Assembly: GCA_000165345.1 (NCBI GenBank)
Contig: CM000430.1
Location: 768,001-832,000, forward strand
Direction of reading: 5' to 3'
Length of the DNA: 64,000 nucleotides
Made by a program: the position numbers and the translations under genes. Under the pieces are notes generated by a model, which was not told the DNA's origin, searched no databases, and worked only from the letters and a program-made list of their open reading frames with translations. Shown piece by piece: positions 40,626-51,900 of the stretch. The stretch's first letter is position 1. Each line of letters begins with the position of its first letter.

Positions 40626-42710
40626 TTATTCAAGAACACTAGTATTATTTGTATCTTCATTGCTAAAACTACCATGAATGTTATTATTCGACTTTAAAAG
40701 TTGAATAAACTGATCATCTTCATTGTAAAGTCCTGACTGTACTAGAGACTCTATATTGTGTGTATAAACGTTATTACTTTTGTTGGAAGTAGGATGTGTT
40801 TCTTTCTCAGGGAATAAATGCACTGCAGCAGCTAAATGTTCAAACTGAGTCTTGTAATGATCTCTGGAAGCCCTCAATATCTGAACACTTTCCTTGAGCT
40901 GTAAGATTTGATCTTCAAATGACTGAATTAACTCATCTTTTCTAAGAAGTTCGTTTTTAAAATACAAATCAGATTTTCTACCAGTTTTTAGACTCTGAAT
41001 CTCTTTGTGAAGCTTTTCGTTAATTTCCTCTTCCTCGCTATATTTCTTGAACCATTTATTTTTTTCAAATTCTGCAATCTGAGTTTTCTTTTTTTCAAGC
41101 TCAAGTTTCATCTTAAACTCATTTTTTTGGGATTCAAGAAGTTTTGTTTGTTCAAATTGAAATAGTTTCATCTTTCTATTGTTTTCATCATTAATATTAT
41201 CTATTGAGTTTTCTTTATTCTTTAACTTAAGTATTTTATTGCTAACTAAATTCTCAAGTCTTCCAAGCTTATTGCTTTTTCTACTAATATCTCCAATGAA
41301 ATCTTTCATGATTGTTTCTTGTCTAATTAAAGTCAACTTTCTGAATTCTTCTTCCAAATTGTGAAGGTGTTGTACGAACCTTTCTTTCTCTGACCTCTTC
41401 CAAATCTCGAAGTTTACCTTTGAGGTATAATCATCGCTATTTTCAAGCCCTTGTTCATACAATTCATCATTATCAATTTCTTTTATGATAGTTTCTATTA
41501 GCTTATTTGAAAAATCAACATCTCCAACAGTGAAATATCCTATCTTTGAGCTAAAATCAGAAATTACGCCAGGGCTTCTAATATTGGAGTCTAATTTATC
41601 ATACATATTTCCAATTTTCAGAAACTCCAAGTCTTCTGGAGAAATAAATTCTTCATCATTACCCGGTTCGTACTTAACATTTCTTGACGTTCTTTGTGGA
41701 GAAAAACTCACTCTTTTGTCAGAAGGAGGGGTTTTGGGTCTGTTCCTTAAATTGTTCCTAGTCCTCTCATTTATTGGAGATTCATTTGTAGCACTTCCTG
41801 ACCTTGGCCTAGATCTAGATCTAGATCTAGATACAGATCTAGGTCTAGAGAATAAAGACGAGTTTTGATCTGTTTTAGTATTTAACGACTTCTGTCTAAT
41901 ACCAGGTGATGATCCATCTGAAATTGGTTGTTTCTTACAATCCTGCAATACTATATCAACCTCTATAAGTCCTATAGGCACGCTCTTTTCTTCTTCTGTT
42001 ACTGAATTCTTACTATTCTTATTTTTCGATTCGCCAGAATTTGGTTCTAATTCAGAATCAGAGAGTGAATCCAACTCATTTGAAGTGTTTTTATGGTCAT
42101 TGGGTACTTGAGATTTTGATGCTGGATATAGTAATATGCGTGTTGGCCAAATTCTGAATGTATTTGAACCAAAAATATAATTACCTGAAATAGTTGGATT
42201 GGTTTTTTCAGTCTGAATTAAAATATGCTTTAAATTGACATAACCCATGGAATGAAGTTCCTGGTCCCCAAAAGTACTAACTTTATAAGCCTCAATTTTT
42301 AAAGGCTCACAGTTTAATCTGTCAAATATATCCTTCCAGGAGCAGACTATTCTAGAAGTTATTTCTATTTCATGATCAGAAAAAATGGTCGTAGATCTTC
42401 TACATGGGTATGGTGGGCTTGTTTTTGGACATTTTGACGGAGATATCTCATTTGTGCTTTTAATTATTTTATACCAATTTGGAGCCTTAAAAATCACAGT
42501 AGCAGGGTCCTGCAAAGTGATTGATCTAAAATGAATAGAAAGGCTCCATATCAAAGATTCGGATGCCCCAAAACCTGCAATATCTGAATCATCATTTTTG
42601 TCTATTTCAATATTAAACCATCCAGATTCTTCTTTAAGTTCATCAAAGTTTAACTTTGTATTATCTAAGTTCTCTAAAGAATACCAATCAGTGTATTCTT
42701 CAGAATTCAT
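40626..42710 (-). CDS. Hypothetical protein (694 aa) with a globular N-terminal domain, an RS-repeat linker and a C-terminal coiled coil
   Basis: Real ATG at 42710..42708. The linker is SRPRSVSRSRSRSRPRSGS, encoded by an (AGATCT)n-like DNA repeat at 41811-41848. The C-terminal 300 aa are heptad-rich, for example ...KLELEKKKTQIAEFEKNKWFKKYSEEEEINEKLHKEIQSLK... No family recognised. Confidence 0.6.
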   Translation of the reverse strand: MNSEEYTDWYSLENLDNTKLNFDELKEESGWFNIEIDKNDDSDIAGFGASESLIWSLSIHFRSITLQDPATVIFKAPNWYKIIKSTNEISPSKCPKTSPPYPCRRSTTIFSDHEIEITSRIVCSWKDIFDRLNCEPLKIEAYKVSTFGDQELHSMGYVNLKHILIQTEKTNPTISGNYIFGSNTFRIWPTRILLYPASKSQVPNDHKNTSNELDSLSDSELEPNSGESKNKNSKNSVTEEEKSVPIGLIEVDIVLQDCKKQPISDGSSPGIRQKSLNTKTDQNSSLFSRPRSVSRSRSRSRPRSGSATNESPINERTRNNLRNRPKTPPSDKRVSFSPQRTSRNVKYEPGNDEEFISPEDLEFLKIGNMYDKLDSNIRSPGVISDFSSKIGYFTVGDVDFSNKLIETIIKEIDNDELYEQGLENSDDYTSKVNFEIWKRSEKERFVQHLHNLEEEFRKLTLIRQETIMKDFIGDISRKSNKLGRLENLVSNKILKLKNKENSIDNINDENNRKMKLFQFEQTKLLESQKNEFKMKLELEKKKTQIAEFEKNKWFKKYSEEEEINEKLHKEIQSLKTGRKSDLYFKNELLRKDELIQSFEDQILQLKESVQILRASRDHYKTQFEHLAAAVHLFPEKETHPTSNKSNNVYTHNIESLVQSGLYNEDDQFIQLLKSNNNIHGSFSNEDTNNTSVLE
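41811..41848 (-). repeat. Imperfect (AGATCT)n hexamer repeat encoding the RS dipeptide repeat of the 694-aa protein
   Basis: agatctagatctagatctagatacagatctaggtct, giving SRSRSRSRPRS on the minus strand. Confidence 0.8.
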
Positions 42711-43046
42711 TGCTCCAACTTGAATTGATAAATTAACATATTAATCACTATTTACACCACTATTTCATTGGCATTCATAATCTAACAAAATATATTGGAA
42801 TTTTTTTTAAGTATATGATTATTATTTATTTATTTATTAAATCCACTATTTTTTCATTAGTGTGGTGCTAAACTACATACAATTTGGCGCCAAACTGATT
42901 ATCATTAATAATTCTGGTAATATTTAAAATTGCATGCAATTTTTGCATGCGATAAATGGAGAAAAAAAAAGCAGGAAAGGGAGAAATTAGAGAAATGTAA
43001 AATTAGAGATAACTTAATAGAAAGATAATAATTGTGAAAAATAATA
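42711..43046. promoter_or_regulatory. Promoter of the 694-aa gene
   Basis: Contains TTTGGCGCCAAA at 42883-42894 and TTGCATGCAATTTTTGCATGCG at 42927-42948. Confidence 0.55.
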
Positions 43047-45245
43047 TTAGCCCCAGAGAATTAGGGATGGTTTTCCGTCTTTGTTAATTCCAGCTGTGAA
43101 TATCCAAGGTTGCCTTGGATGCCAAATAGCTGAGCTAATAAAAGAAAGCTCTCCTTTAATTACCTTTAGAGGGACAAAAACGGGATCACTCATTAGATCT
43201 GTGGGCATTCTGCAATGGAAAACATTAATAGTGCCATTTTTACTAGCAGAGAAAACCATAGATTTTCCTTGGTGGAATTGTACTTTTTTGATAGCTGATT
43301 CACTATATCTTAAAAGTTTATAAGGAGTATTTCCAAGATCCAGATCAAACCAGGCAATTCTTCCATTGGATTGTCCGACAAAGATATGTTTCCCTGAAGA
43401 ATCTAAAGAAATGGTTGTTGGATCTTCAATACCAATAAGTTTTTTGACCAAAGCTTTACCAGTATTTTGGTTACCAAGCTTCTTATTACCTGTTTTACTA
43501 GATGTTAGGTCAACAATCCTAATACATGTTTGAGTAGCAACAATAAGCCATGGGTTAGATGAGTGAAACTGAACAGATTTAACCAATCCACTAAGTTTTT
43601 TAAATGCAGTAATTGATGAGCATCTATTGATAGAATGAATAACAACTCTTTGTGAAGGTGAAATAGCTCTTGGAGATACTGCAGCTAAATACCCTCCTTT
43701 ACTATGCCAGGATAAATGTCTAATAGTAGATTGATGTTTAATTACAACAGCTGAGCTTAATTCTTTATTTAATTCAGAATTAGAATCCAAATTAATGCTA
43801 TTCCATGAAAGTAACTCCAATTTACTGGATTCTTTATTATAAGTATGGAGATCCTCAAATAATTCCAAAGAATGTTGATAATCTTTTATTGGGTCCTTTT
43901 CCTTGTTTTTAGAATTTTTAATTATTTCATCTGAATCCGAAGTTTCTTCCTGTTCAATATCAGTGGAAGCTTCAGAGTCTTCTGCAAAGCAAATGCTTGG
44001 AAGTTTCAGTACTAAAATAAAGAGATATTCCTCAACTCCACAAGCTAAAATAGGCAAATTAGGATGAAACGCTAGAGTTGTTATAGAGTTTGTGTTAGAT
44101 TCTTGTGTTTCATCACTAGAAGATGGTTCATCGTAGATATTTACTTGTTGAGCTAACTTTGATATATCCAATTTAAAAGCTATTCGTGAAGTAGATATTT
44201 CAAATACTGTCAATAGATTACCTACTCCCACAGCTAGCCAGAATCCATCAGATGATGCAGACATTTGTATATTTTTACTGTCAATAATTTGATCAAAGTC
44301 ATATCTAATTCTGATTGAAGTTGGATAAGGTTTCAAATCGCTTGTATCAATTGGGGGAGGCAAGATACTTTCAGGATCAACGTTCATTCTCATTTTCATA
44401 GCTCTAGGACACAAATAAAGATCCAAGCAACGCTCAAACCTTTCAGTAATGAGCTTGTCATAAGCTGGTACCCTTCTTAGACAATCAAATTTAGATGGTA
44501 TAAATGTATTTTCCAGTTCACCCTCTTTCTCAAGCTTAGAAATCTCATCCTCATCAAACAAGTACTCTTCTGGAGGATTATAGCTATGTTCATGAATTGG
44601 GAGTTCCATTCTTGGTGCTGGGATATGAGGAGGCCCTTTAGAAGTAGTTTCATCAACAACCGGATCCAAAATTGCATCTTCCCAAATATCAAATACTTCC
44701 GGTTCCTTCTTCTTAATAGGATGTAAAATCTTAAGCCTTATTAACTTAATTAGATGAGTAATTTTCTTTGCTTCCCATTTAGATGGTATAAATCCGCGCT
44801 TAGGTACTGGTCTGTTTGATACTGGGAATATTTTATCTTCTAGACTGTCATTTTCATAATGGTAGCTTTCCGCATCAAAGTCAGGATTAGCATAAGTTTG
44901 AGATGAAATTCTTCGGATTATGTCCAAATCCTCATCAGTAAGTCTAACTGAAGTCTGATTTTTTTGATCGTATATTGTTCTCCATGCATCTGGATCTGTT
45001 GAATTTAGTAGAGCTTGTAACTCAGAATCTAAAGAGAAAAATGTATTAAATATATTTCAATAAGTACTAAATATAGATCATTGAGTTAACTTACCTGACT
45101 TATTGAGTAGTTTTTTCAGCCTCTCACCGTCGATTGTATATCCTTGGTGATCAAATTCGTCATACCAATGTAAAGGTACATTTCCAACGCGATTTACCTC
45201 CTCATCCTCATCTGAAATGTACAAATTTTCATCGATATACTCCAT
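43047..45245 (-). CDS. BOP1: BOP1/Erb1 ribosome-biogenesis WD-repeat protein, 710 aa. Two exons: 45245..45095 and 45028..43047, with a 66-nt intron at 45029..45094
   Basis: BOP1NT hallmarks are present: ...HSYNPPEEYLFDEDE... and ...RCLDLYLCPRAMKMRMNVDPESILPPPIDTSDLKPYP... C-terminal WD40 blades include IHPRQPWIFTAG. The ORF-track start at 44927 is TTG. The frame stays open to 45028, which is preceded by the acceptor CTCTTTAG. The upstream exon starts at ATG 45245..45243 and encodes MEYIDENLYISDEDEEVNRVGNVPLHWYDEFDHQGYTIDGERLKKLLNKS. This matches the conserved BOP1 N-terminal motif (NTVGNIPLEWYDEY.HIGYD.DGKKI). It ends in phase 1 at the donor CAG|GTAAGT. Total CDS is 2133 nt, or 711 codons. 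Confidence 0.8.
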
Positions 45246-45953
45246 TGTACTTTTGATACTTTATTTACAGAGTATTTTTTTAATTCTATTTTCCCTACCT
45301 TTATCCACCTTTTTCTATGGTCTTTTTTTACCATTTATATGTTTATTGAAGTGGCGCTCAGTCACTTTAAAAGGCGCCAAATCTTTTCTGCCTCTATAAT
45401 TCTCTTTTTCTTCTATTAGTAGGGTGCTGCTCCAGGTATTCAGTAATGATTAATTTTAAACTGTCTCGTGATTAGAATGAGTGCTTACTCATGTATTTTA
45501 CCACTCATGTAAGATATTTGCTTAGGTTTTTACCTTGTTGATGTTCTTCTTGGTTATCTCATTTTCTAATTTGTGTCTTTACATTCTCAGCATGCACGTT
45601 TTAATATATTAATATTTTGACACGTAAGTTTTAGTAATGAGTTGCATGCATTCATGCGCAAACTTTTTGTAAAACTACCGGTATTAGGAATTATATTATC
45701 ATTTTGAAACATCAAGACAGTAGAAAATTGCAAATAAGCTTACAAAATTAGAGCAAATCAATTAAATGATTTTTAACTCAATTCCTCTTTATTATCAACA
45801 ATGATGAGTGAAATATTACATTCTTCTCATTCTTTTAATGACTTTATAATGAGATAATATATTATTTTTGCCTTGCCGCCCCAAAGTTACGAAATATAAC
45901 ATGTATTGAAAATAAGAAAAAATAAATGTGACAAGGGTTTTGATATTAAAGCA
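45246..45953. promoter_or_regulatory. Divergent promoter between BOP1 (minus) and the 3964-aa gene (plus)
   Basis: Contains GTGGCGCTCAG at 45352-45362 and AAAAGGCGCCAAATC at 45369-45383. Also CAGCATGCACG at 45589-45599, GTTGCATGCATTCATGCGC at 45641-45659 and CTTGCCGCCCC at 45872-45882. Confidence 0.55.
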
Positions 45954-48900
45954 ATGAGAAATTGCGTTGAGGAAAATGGAGCAAATGGTGTGCAGAGCTT
46001 GATCAAGACATTTGTGAAAGAGGACCCTTCATTTGTGATTTTACAGTCCATTAAAAGTAGTAATTATTTGGAACTTACAGATGGAAGGCTTTTGGTATCG
46101 CATAACCCCAAATTAATAGCGAATTTGACAACTAAAGGTCAACTTAGTGTATTTCTAGATACTTCTAGAGGTGAAATTGAAAATATTGATACTAGACAGA
46201 AGGATATTGTTTTAAAGGAAATTAAATTGCCATTTTTAAAAGAGAAAACTGAGTCAAAAACTGTGATATCAGAAGCTATTTGGTGCAAGTCTATTATAAG
46301 AGAGGATCATCTCAGAGAGTATGAAGTTGCTCCAACTTTGGTTATTCTTGAAAAAACAACAGAGTATATCGAAAAAGACGTCAAATGCAAATACTGTAGT
46401 AAGTATTCAGGAAATCAGTTTTTGACAATAATACAGTTTTCTAGAATTGGAAACTTTGAGGATGGGGAATGTGAAATAATTGAATTGAATGCAAAGAATA
46501 ATTTGGAAAATGTAATCAACTTTAATAGGCCAATATCTATTGATTTTGAAGTTACAAATACTCATAAACCACCTATTTCAAATCAAATGAGAACAATAAT
46601 CAGGTACAGTCGAATTCCAATTATAGATATATTCAATACTTTTTCTAATAAGAAAGCCCAATTTTCCGAAAGCCATAAAACTTGTAAAAGCTGTTTCTCA
46701 TTTAATAATGCTCAAACTTTTGTTGATAACTCCATGGAATCAGGTTTTGTGATAATTATGGCTAATTTGATAGTATTATCTTTGGATTTTATTCAAGGTA
46801 ATTCTTTAATTCTAAAAAGAAGGTTTCTTATTCAAGATTTTCGAGATCCCCAGATTCGCTTTTCTGGTTTTACAATACAAAGTGGATGGCTTGTTTCAGT
46901 ATCTATTGATACTTTGGAGCTATTAATTTGGAACTATTATCAGGGAATAGCCTTTAGAATGGTTAAACTGAGTGAAGATTACTTTGATTTCACAGTTTCA
47001 AATGAGTCAAGAGTTGATGTTTTTGTTACTCTTTCATTTGGAAAAGATTTATCCAAGTTATTTTTAGTCTTTGATGGCTTAAATGAAAATGCTTCCAGTC
47101 ATATAAAACAAGTTGGGATGTATATAATTGATTTAAATGCTATTTTTAGTCAAATTTTCTGCTCTAATTGTATTTTAAAATACTTGATAGACACAAGAAA
47201 AACTTCTGAAATGAGAATATCTGATCCAGGAACTGAATTGAAGAAAAAGTTGCAAATAAGCTCAGGAAGTATACCTCACGTACAATTATATGAAGAGTAT
47301 TCATCGCTCACAGTTTATCCTGAAGCTTTCCATTTTGGAAAAGAACATAAAGCTTTGGAAAAAATCATGAAATGTCTTTCGGAAGAATCTTGTCAATATT
47401 TAGACTCTTTAGATTGGGCAAAAAGCTTGAATCTAAAGTTGGATTTAACAAAATATGAATTTGGATGGCCTCTTTTGTTTAACAAAAGTTGGTTTTATGG
47501 AGATCTATTTTGCAATTATAAGATGAATCAGATCATTATTACTACAATTGAAAATATCATTGCAAGAAACAGCATCGGAGAAGATTTCATAGATAATTTT
47601 GAAGAGCTAAGTAATAATATATATTTAAAGACAATTTCTAGCCATTTAAAAAAGGTTTTAGAAGGGATCCCTGAAATTTTATTTTCGAAAACAATAAGTC
47701 CTAAACAAAGTAATAAGAATTGCTCAGAAATACTTGGAAATCAAGAAACTGATAATCATTTTCAACGTAAATTGATATCTCACAAAACTAGCTTTATATA
47801 CAGTCATTTAATTCCAATTACCATTGATGAATTTCCAAATCATGAAGAATTTCAATACGAGATTAGTTTTATCGATATTATTCCATCATCTGATACAGTT
47901 TTAATACAATTTTCTATTCGAGATTTACCTAAGAAGCATCTAAGCTTTTACATTTCTGAAGAAAGCAAAAATCTTTTTATTAATCAGTTAAGCTTTGAAT
48001 GTGAATATACTACGTTGATTATGGGTTTAACTAAAGTTATAGATTGGCATTACTTTGCACTGAAAGATGTTAGAAGGGAGAAATCTTACCTTGGTCTTTT
48101 TTCAAAAACTATAAGCTTACTTGGGCTCATTTATTCCACTGTAAGGTACCAGGATATTGACAATTTGCAAAAAATTTGTGAGTATAACAATGTAGATCCA
48201 TGCATTATTCCATTAATACAATTGGAAATAGGATTCAAACATGAAGAATTAAAGCTTATTAGCCTTTCTTTGGAAAATACTCCAATGATACTTAATCTAG
48301 AAATGGTTAAACTAGCAAGAAATATGTTGCAAGATGCTAATTTGCATTTATCTTTGGATTTTACAAGAGAATCATCCAAGCTTTTCCTTGATTTTTGCCT
48401 GGACAAAATCAAATATTATTCCGAGAATGAGTCAACAGAGATTTCTGAAGAAAAAAACCAACAAAAGTGTAAGGTTGATGAGTTTCTACAAGAAATTTCT
48501 TACTATTTGTCAGAATTTAGAATGTATTTAAATAAGACTTCAGAATTGACAACCTATGTAAAAGTTTGTGACAACATACAAAAAGGTGATCAAAATTCAG
48601 AGGATGAATTGATTAACGAAACAAACAAAGTAGCTGATGAAGATGGAAGTAATCATGATAATGAGATTTTGAGTAAAAATGAGATATTTATAAGAGACCA
48701 GATAATAATGGGACATTATTCAAGTTTAATTGATTGGTATTTAAAAAGTAGCAAAGATAAAAACCCTCAAGTATTTAGATTAAAAGTTTTACATGATATT
48801 TATAGACTGATTTGTACTTTAAGTACGAATTCTTTAACATTATCAATCCATATGTTGAGACAAATTGGTGAGAATACAACACAGTATCTTAAAAGCATTC

Positions 48901-51900
48901 TGTATTATACAAGTAGAAGAGAAATTAGAAGAAGACTAATTAACCATTTAAAGCACTTTGGTGCCTTAAATGATGATGATATTGCTCTTATTCAATTCAG
49001 TAATGAATTGGAGAGTTACTATCCAAATAATTGTTATTCTGTGGAAAGAAATAGGATCTGGACATCATTATTTACTTATTCTATTCCATATAATGTTTTA
49101 TCAGATTGTAACTTGGAAAATGAGTTCAAGGTTAATACTGATAATGAACTAATCATTCAAGAAAGTATAGAAGGTGGAGTATCCATCAATGATTGTTTTG
49201 TTTCTAATGAAAATTTAGACGAATACTATTTCTATGGAGGTATTGATCAAGGAAGCCATGTAAACAATCCTATTTTTTCGGCAATGACTTATCCATTTGG
49301 TGGATTGCAAGCTTTAAAGTCCGGATTCAAAATAAACCAGGAGTATAATTTACAATATCTTGAGGATTGTAGGAGAATTAAAAGTGTTACCAGTATCTCA
49401 GCCAAGAAATTATCAAATAATAAGGATGATGGTTATAGAACAGAAAACAAAGAAAATGTTGAAATTAGTAACAGAGACTTCTTTTATTCAAACTTTTCTA
49501 CTGAAGCTATTGCTACTTGGGAAGGTTTAAAGTGTTTTGAAATAGAAGACTACGATTTAGAATTAAATAATGACCTTTATATACAAGAAGGAATTTCAAA
49601 AGGGCAAGAGGTTGAAAATGATAGAATTTCTGGCAAAAATATGAATACAGTAATTTCTAGTATTCCTGAGCAAGAAGGAAATGATTTTATTCGTCTTAAC
49701 AATGGTAGACTGGTTTCTATTAAGAATTCAAGCTGTAAACAGTGTTTAGATTTGAACGAAGATGAAGAGCTTGAAATTGAGGAGGAGTTACTCAATTATG
49801 AAAATGAATTTGGGCAATTATTATTATCCAAAAATGATTCAAAAGAAAGTTTTTCTATATCTTCTCAAAAGGAGCATATATCTTCAAATTCATCAATTAT
49901 ATTATCCCCAAGCCCAATATCAAGCTCATTAGAGAAGATTCAGCTAAATACTACCAATTTTGGAGATCATAATTCTAAGAGAGGTGATCTAACATGGCTC
50001 AGACTTCAAAGACAAAGAAGAGAAATGATTAACAACAATTTCAACAATTTTGGTTATTTAAATCATTCACTAAAATTTTTGAGTGAATGGTCGTTTGATG
50101 TTTCTATTAGAGTAGTCATTGAAAAAACTCACCTTCAGGTTTGCTTTGTTTGGAACCGACTATTAAGAGGATTCCAAACCCCTCCAAAGAGAAATGAAGC
50201 TTTAGTATATTCTCTTTTGAATTTAATCATCAGGAAGACTACAATACAACTTTCAAATAACTTGGATTATGAAATTAATTTGCAAGTTGCAAAGACAATT
50301 ACTTCTAGTATTTACATTGCAGTATTTGGATTTATTTTTTCTCATTTTGAATGGAAAAATATTCCAGCTTCAATGAACTATTTGGATAATACACTTTTTC
50401 TAATGTTCAAATATTTTAATGTGGAAGAATCCTACAAGTATGAATTATTGAATGAAATAATTCGTCTCAATTTTAAGTATAGTCCGAAATTTATTGTTGA
50501 AGTGTTTTTGAATTCTTTAGATTCATCTGGAATTGTTCCAATACATCACTTAAAGGCTGATTTGTTGCAAGAGAAGATCAATCAAATTGAGATTGACAGA
50601 TATAATAATGTTAAATATATTCTTGATAAATGCATCAGATATGGTAACTATGGAATTTATCTTTTTAGATACTACTTAATGAAATCCAATGAATTCACTT
50701 CTAAAGAATCATTACATACTTTTTTATCAGTAATTGAGAATTCTAGAGAAACCAATATTAAAGAAGAAAATCAACAAAATCAAGTGGATTATACTGATTA
50801 TTTAAATACTATATATGTTTATCTAGATAGAAAGCAAGATATAATTTTGCTTTCTCTAAAACAGACTTTCAATTCCCTTAAATCAAGTATTGATGAGAAT
50901 ATTTATTTATCTCTCCTAAATGGCTGTACTGAAAATGAGTTTGAAGTTAAGAAGGAAGAAATAGATCAATTTGACCTTAAAAAGTTGGATAGTCCAGGAT
51001 TCATATTAAATGTCTTAATAAGGTACTTTAATAACTACTATGAAAGCGTGCCTGGACCTGATGAGAGAGAAGAGGAGAAAAGGGAGGAAAAGAAAGAGGG
51101 AGAGGAGAAAGAGGAGGAAGAAAATGAGGAAAAGGAGGAGAAAGAGGAAAAGGAGGAGAAAGAGGAAAAGGAGGAGAAAGAGGAAAAGGAGGAGAAAGAG
51201 GAAAAGGAGGAAAATGAAGAAAATGAAACGAAAGAAGAAAATAAGGATAAAGATATCGAACAATCAGAGTTTAAAGGAAAAGATAAAAGGATCAAAATAA
51301 CCCCATATTATATTCTTTCAATTTTATTTTCATTGGATATACCCAGAAAAGAGATATATAATCAAGAATTCTACCAATTTCTTAGAAAATTCTTTCCCTC
51401 TTTAGTAAAAGTATTCAGGGAAGCATTTTTAAAAGAAAAAGTATGCATTGATCAGATTCAAGGAGATTGTTTTAATAAAATGAATGCAAATGATAATAAA
51501 GAATTGAATTCAGATTCTTCAACATCATTTAATATTACTCAGATAATAAAAATGACAGATAAAAACTCAGACTCTTTGATAAAATTGATGGAATTGTATC
51601 CAGAGTTAAGAGAGAAACTTAAAGAAAACCCTAATAATACGGATGAATTTTTTGAAATATTTTCTGAAAACCTAAAAAAAGTAATAGAAGAAGAAGAAAA
51701 AGAAGAAGAAACAGAAAAATCATTCGAAATTTCTGAAGATAAATTAAGCTTACCTATATTACATTATATATCAATAGGAAGACCATTTTTTGCATTTAAT
51801 CTTTTATGTATGAGACATGCAAAATTTCATAATAGTTTAGAGTATAAACAATTTAAAAAGGAGGATTTAAAGTTCCCAGAATTGTCAATGGAAGAAAAGA

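Noticed and set aside
41811-51250. Tandem repeats, (AGATCT)n and the 18-nt EEK unit, as CRISPR-like or mobile-element repeats
   Set aside because: They are in-frame coding microsatellites in a eukaryotic genome. There are no spacers, terminal inverted repeats, target-site duplications or transposase or integrase ORFs in the window.
51015-51300. Three overlapping ORFs (poly-Leu/Phe, poly-Ser/Phe, poly-Arg/Lys) across the EEK repeat
   Set aside because: Frame and strand echoes of the purine-rich tandem repeat; not genes.
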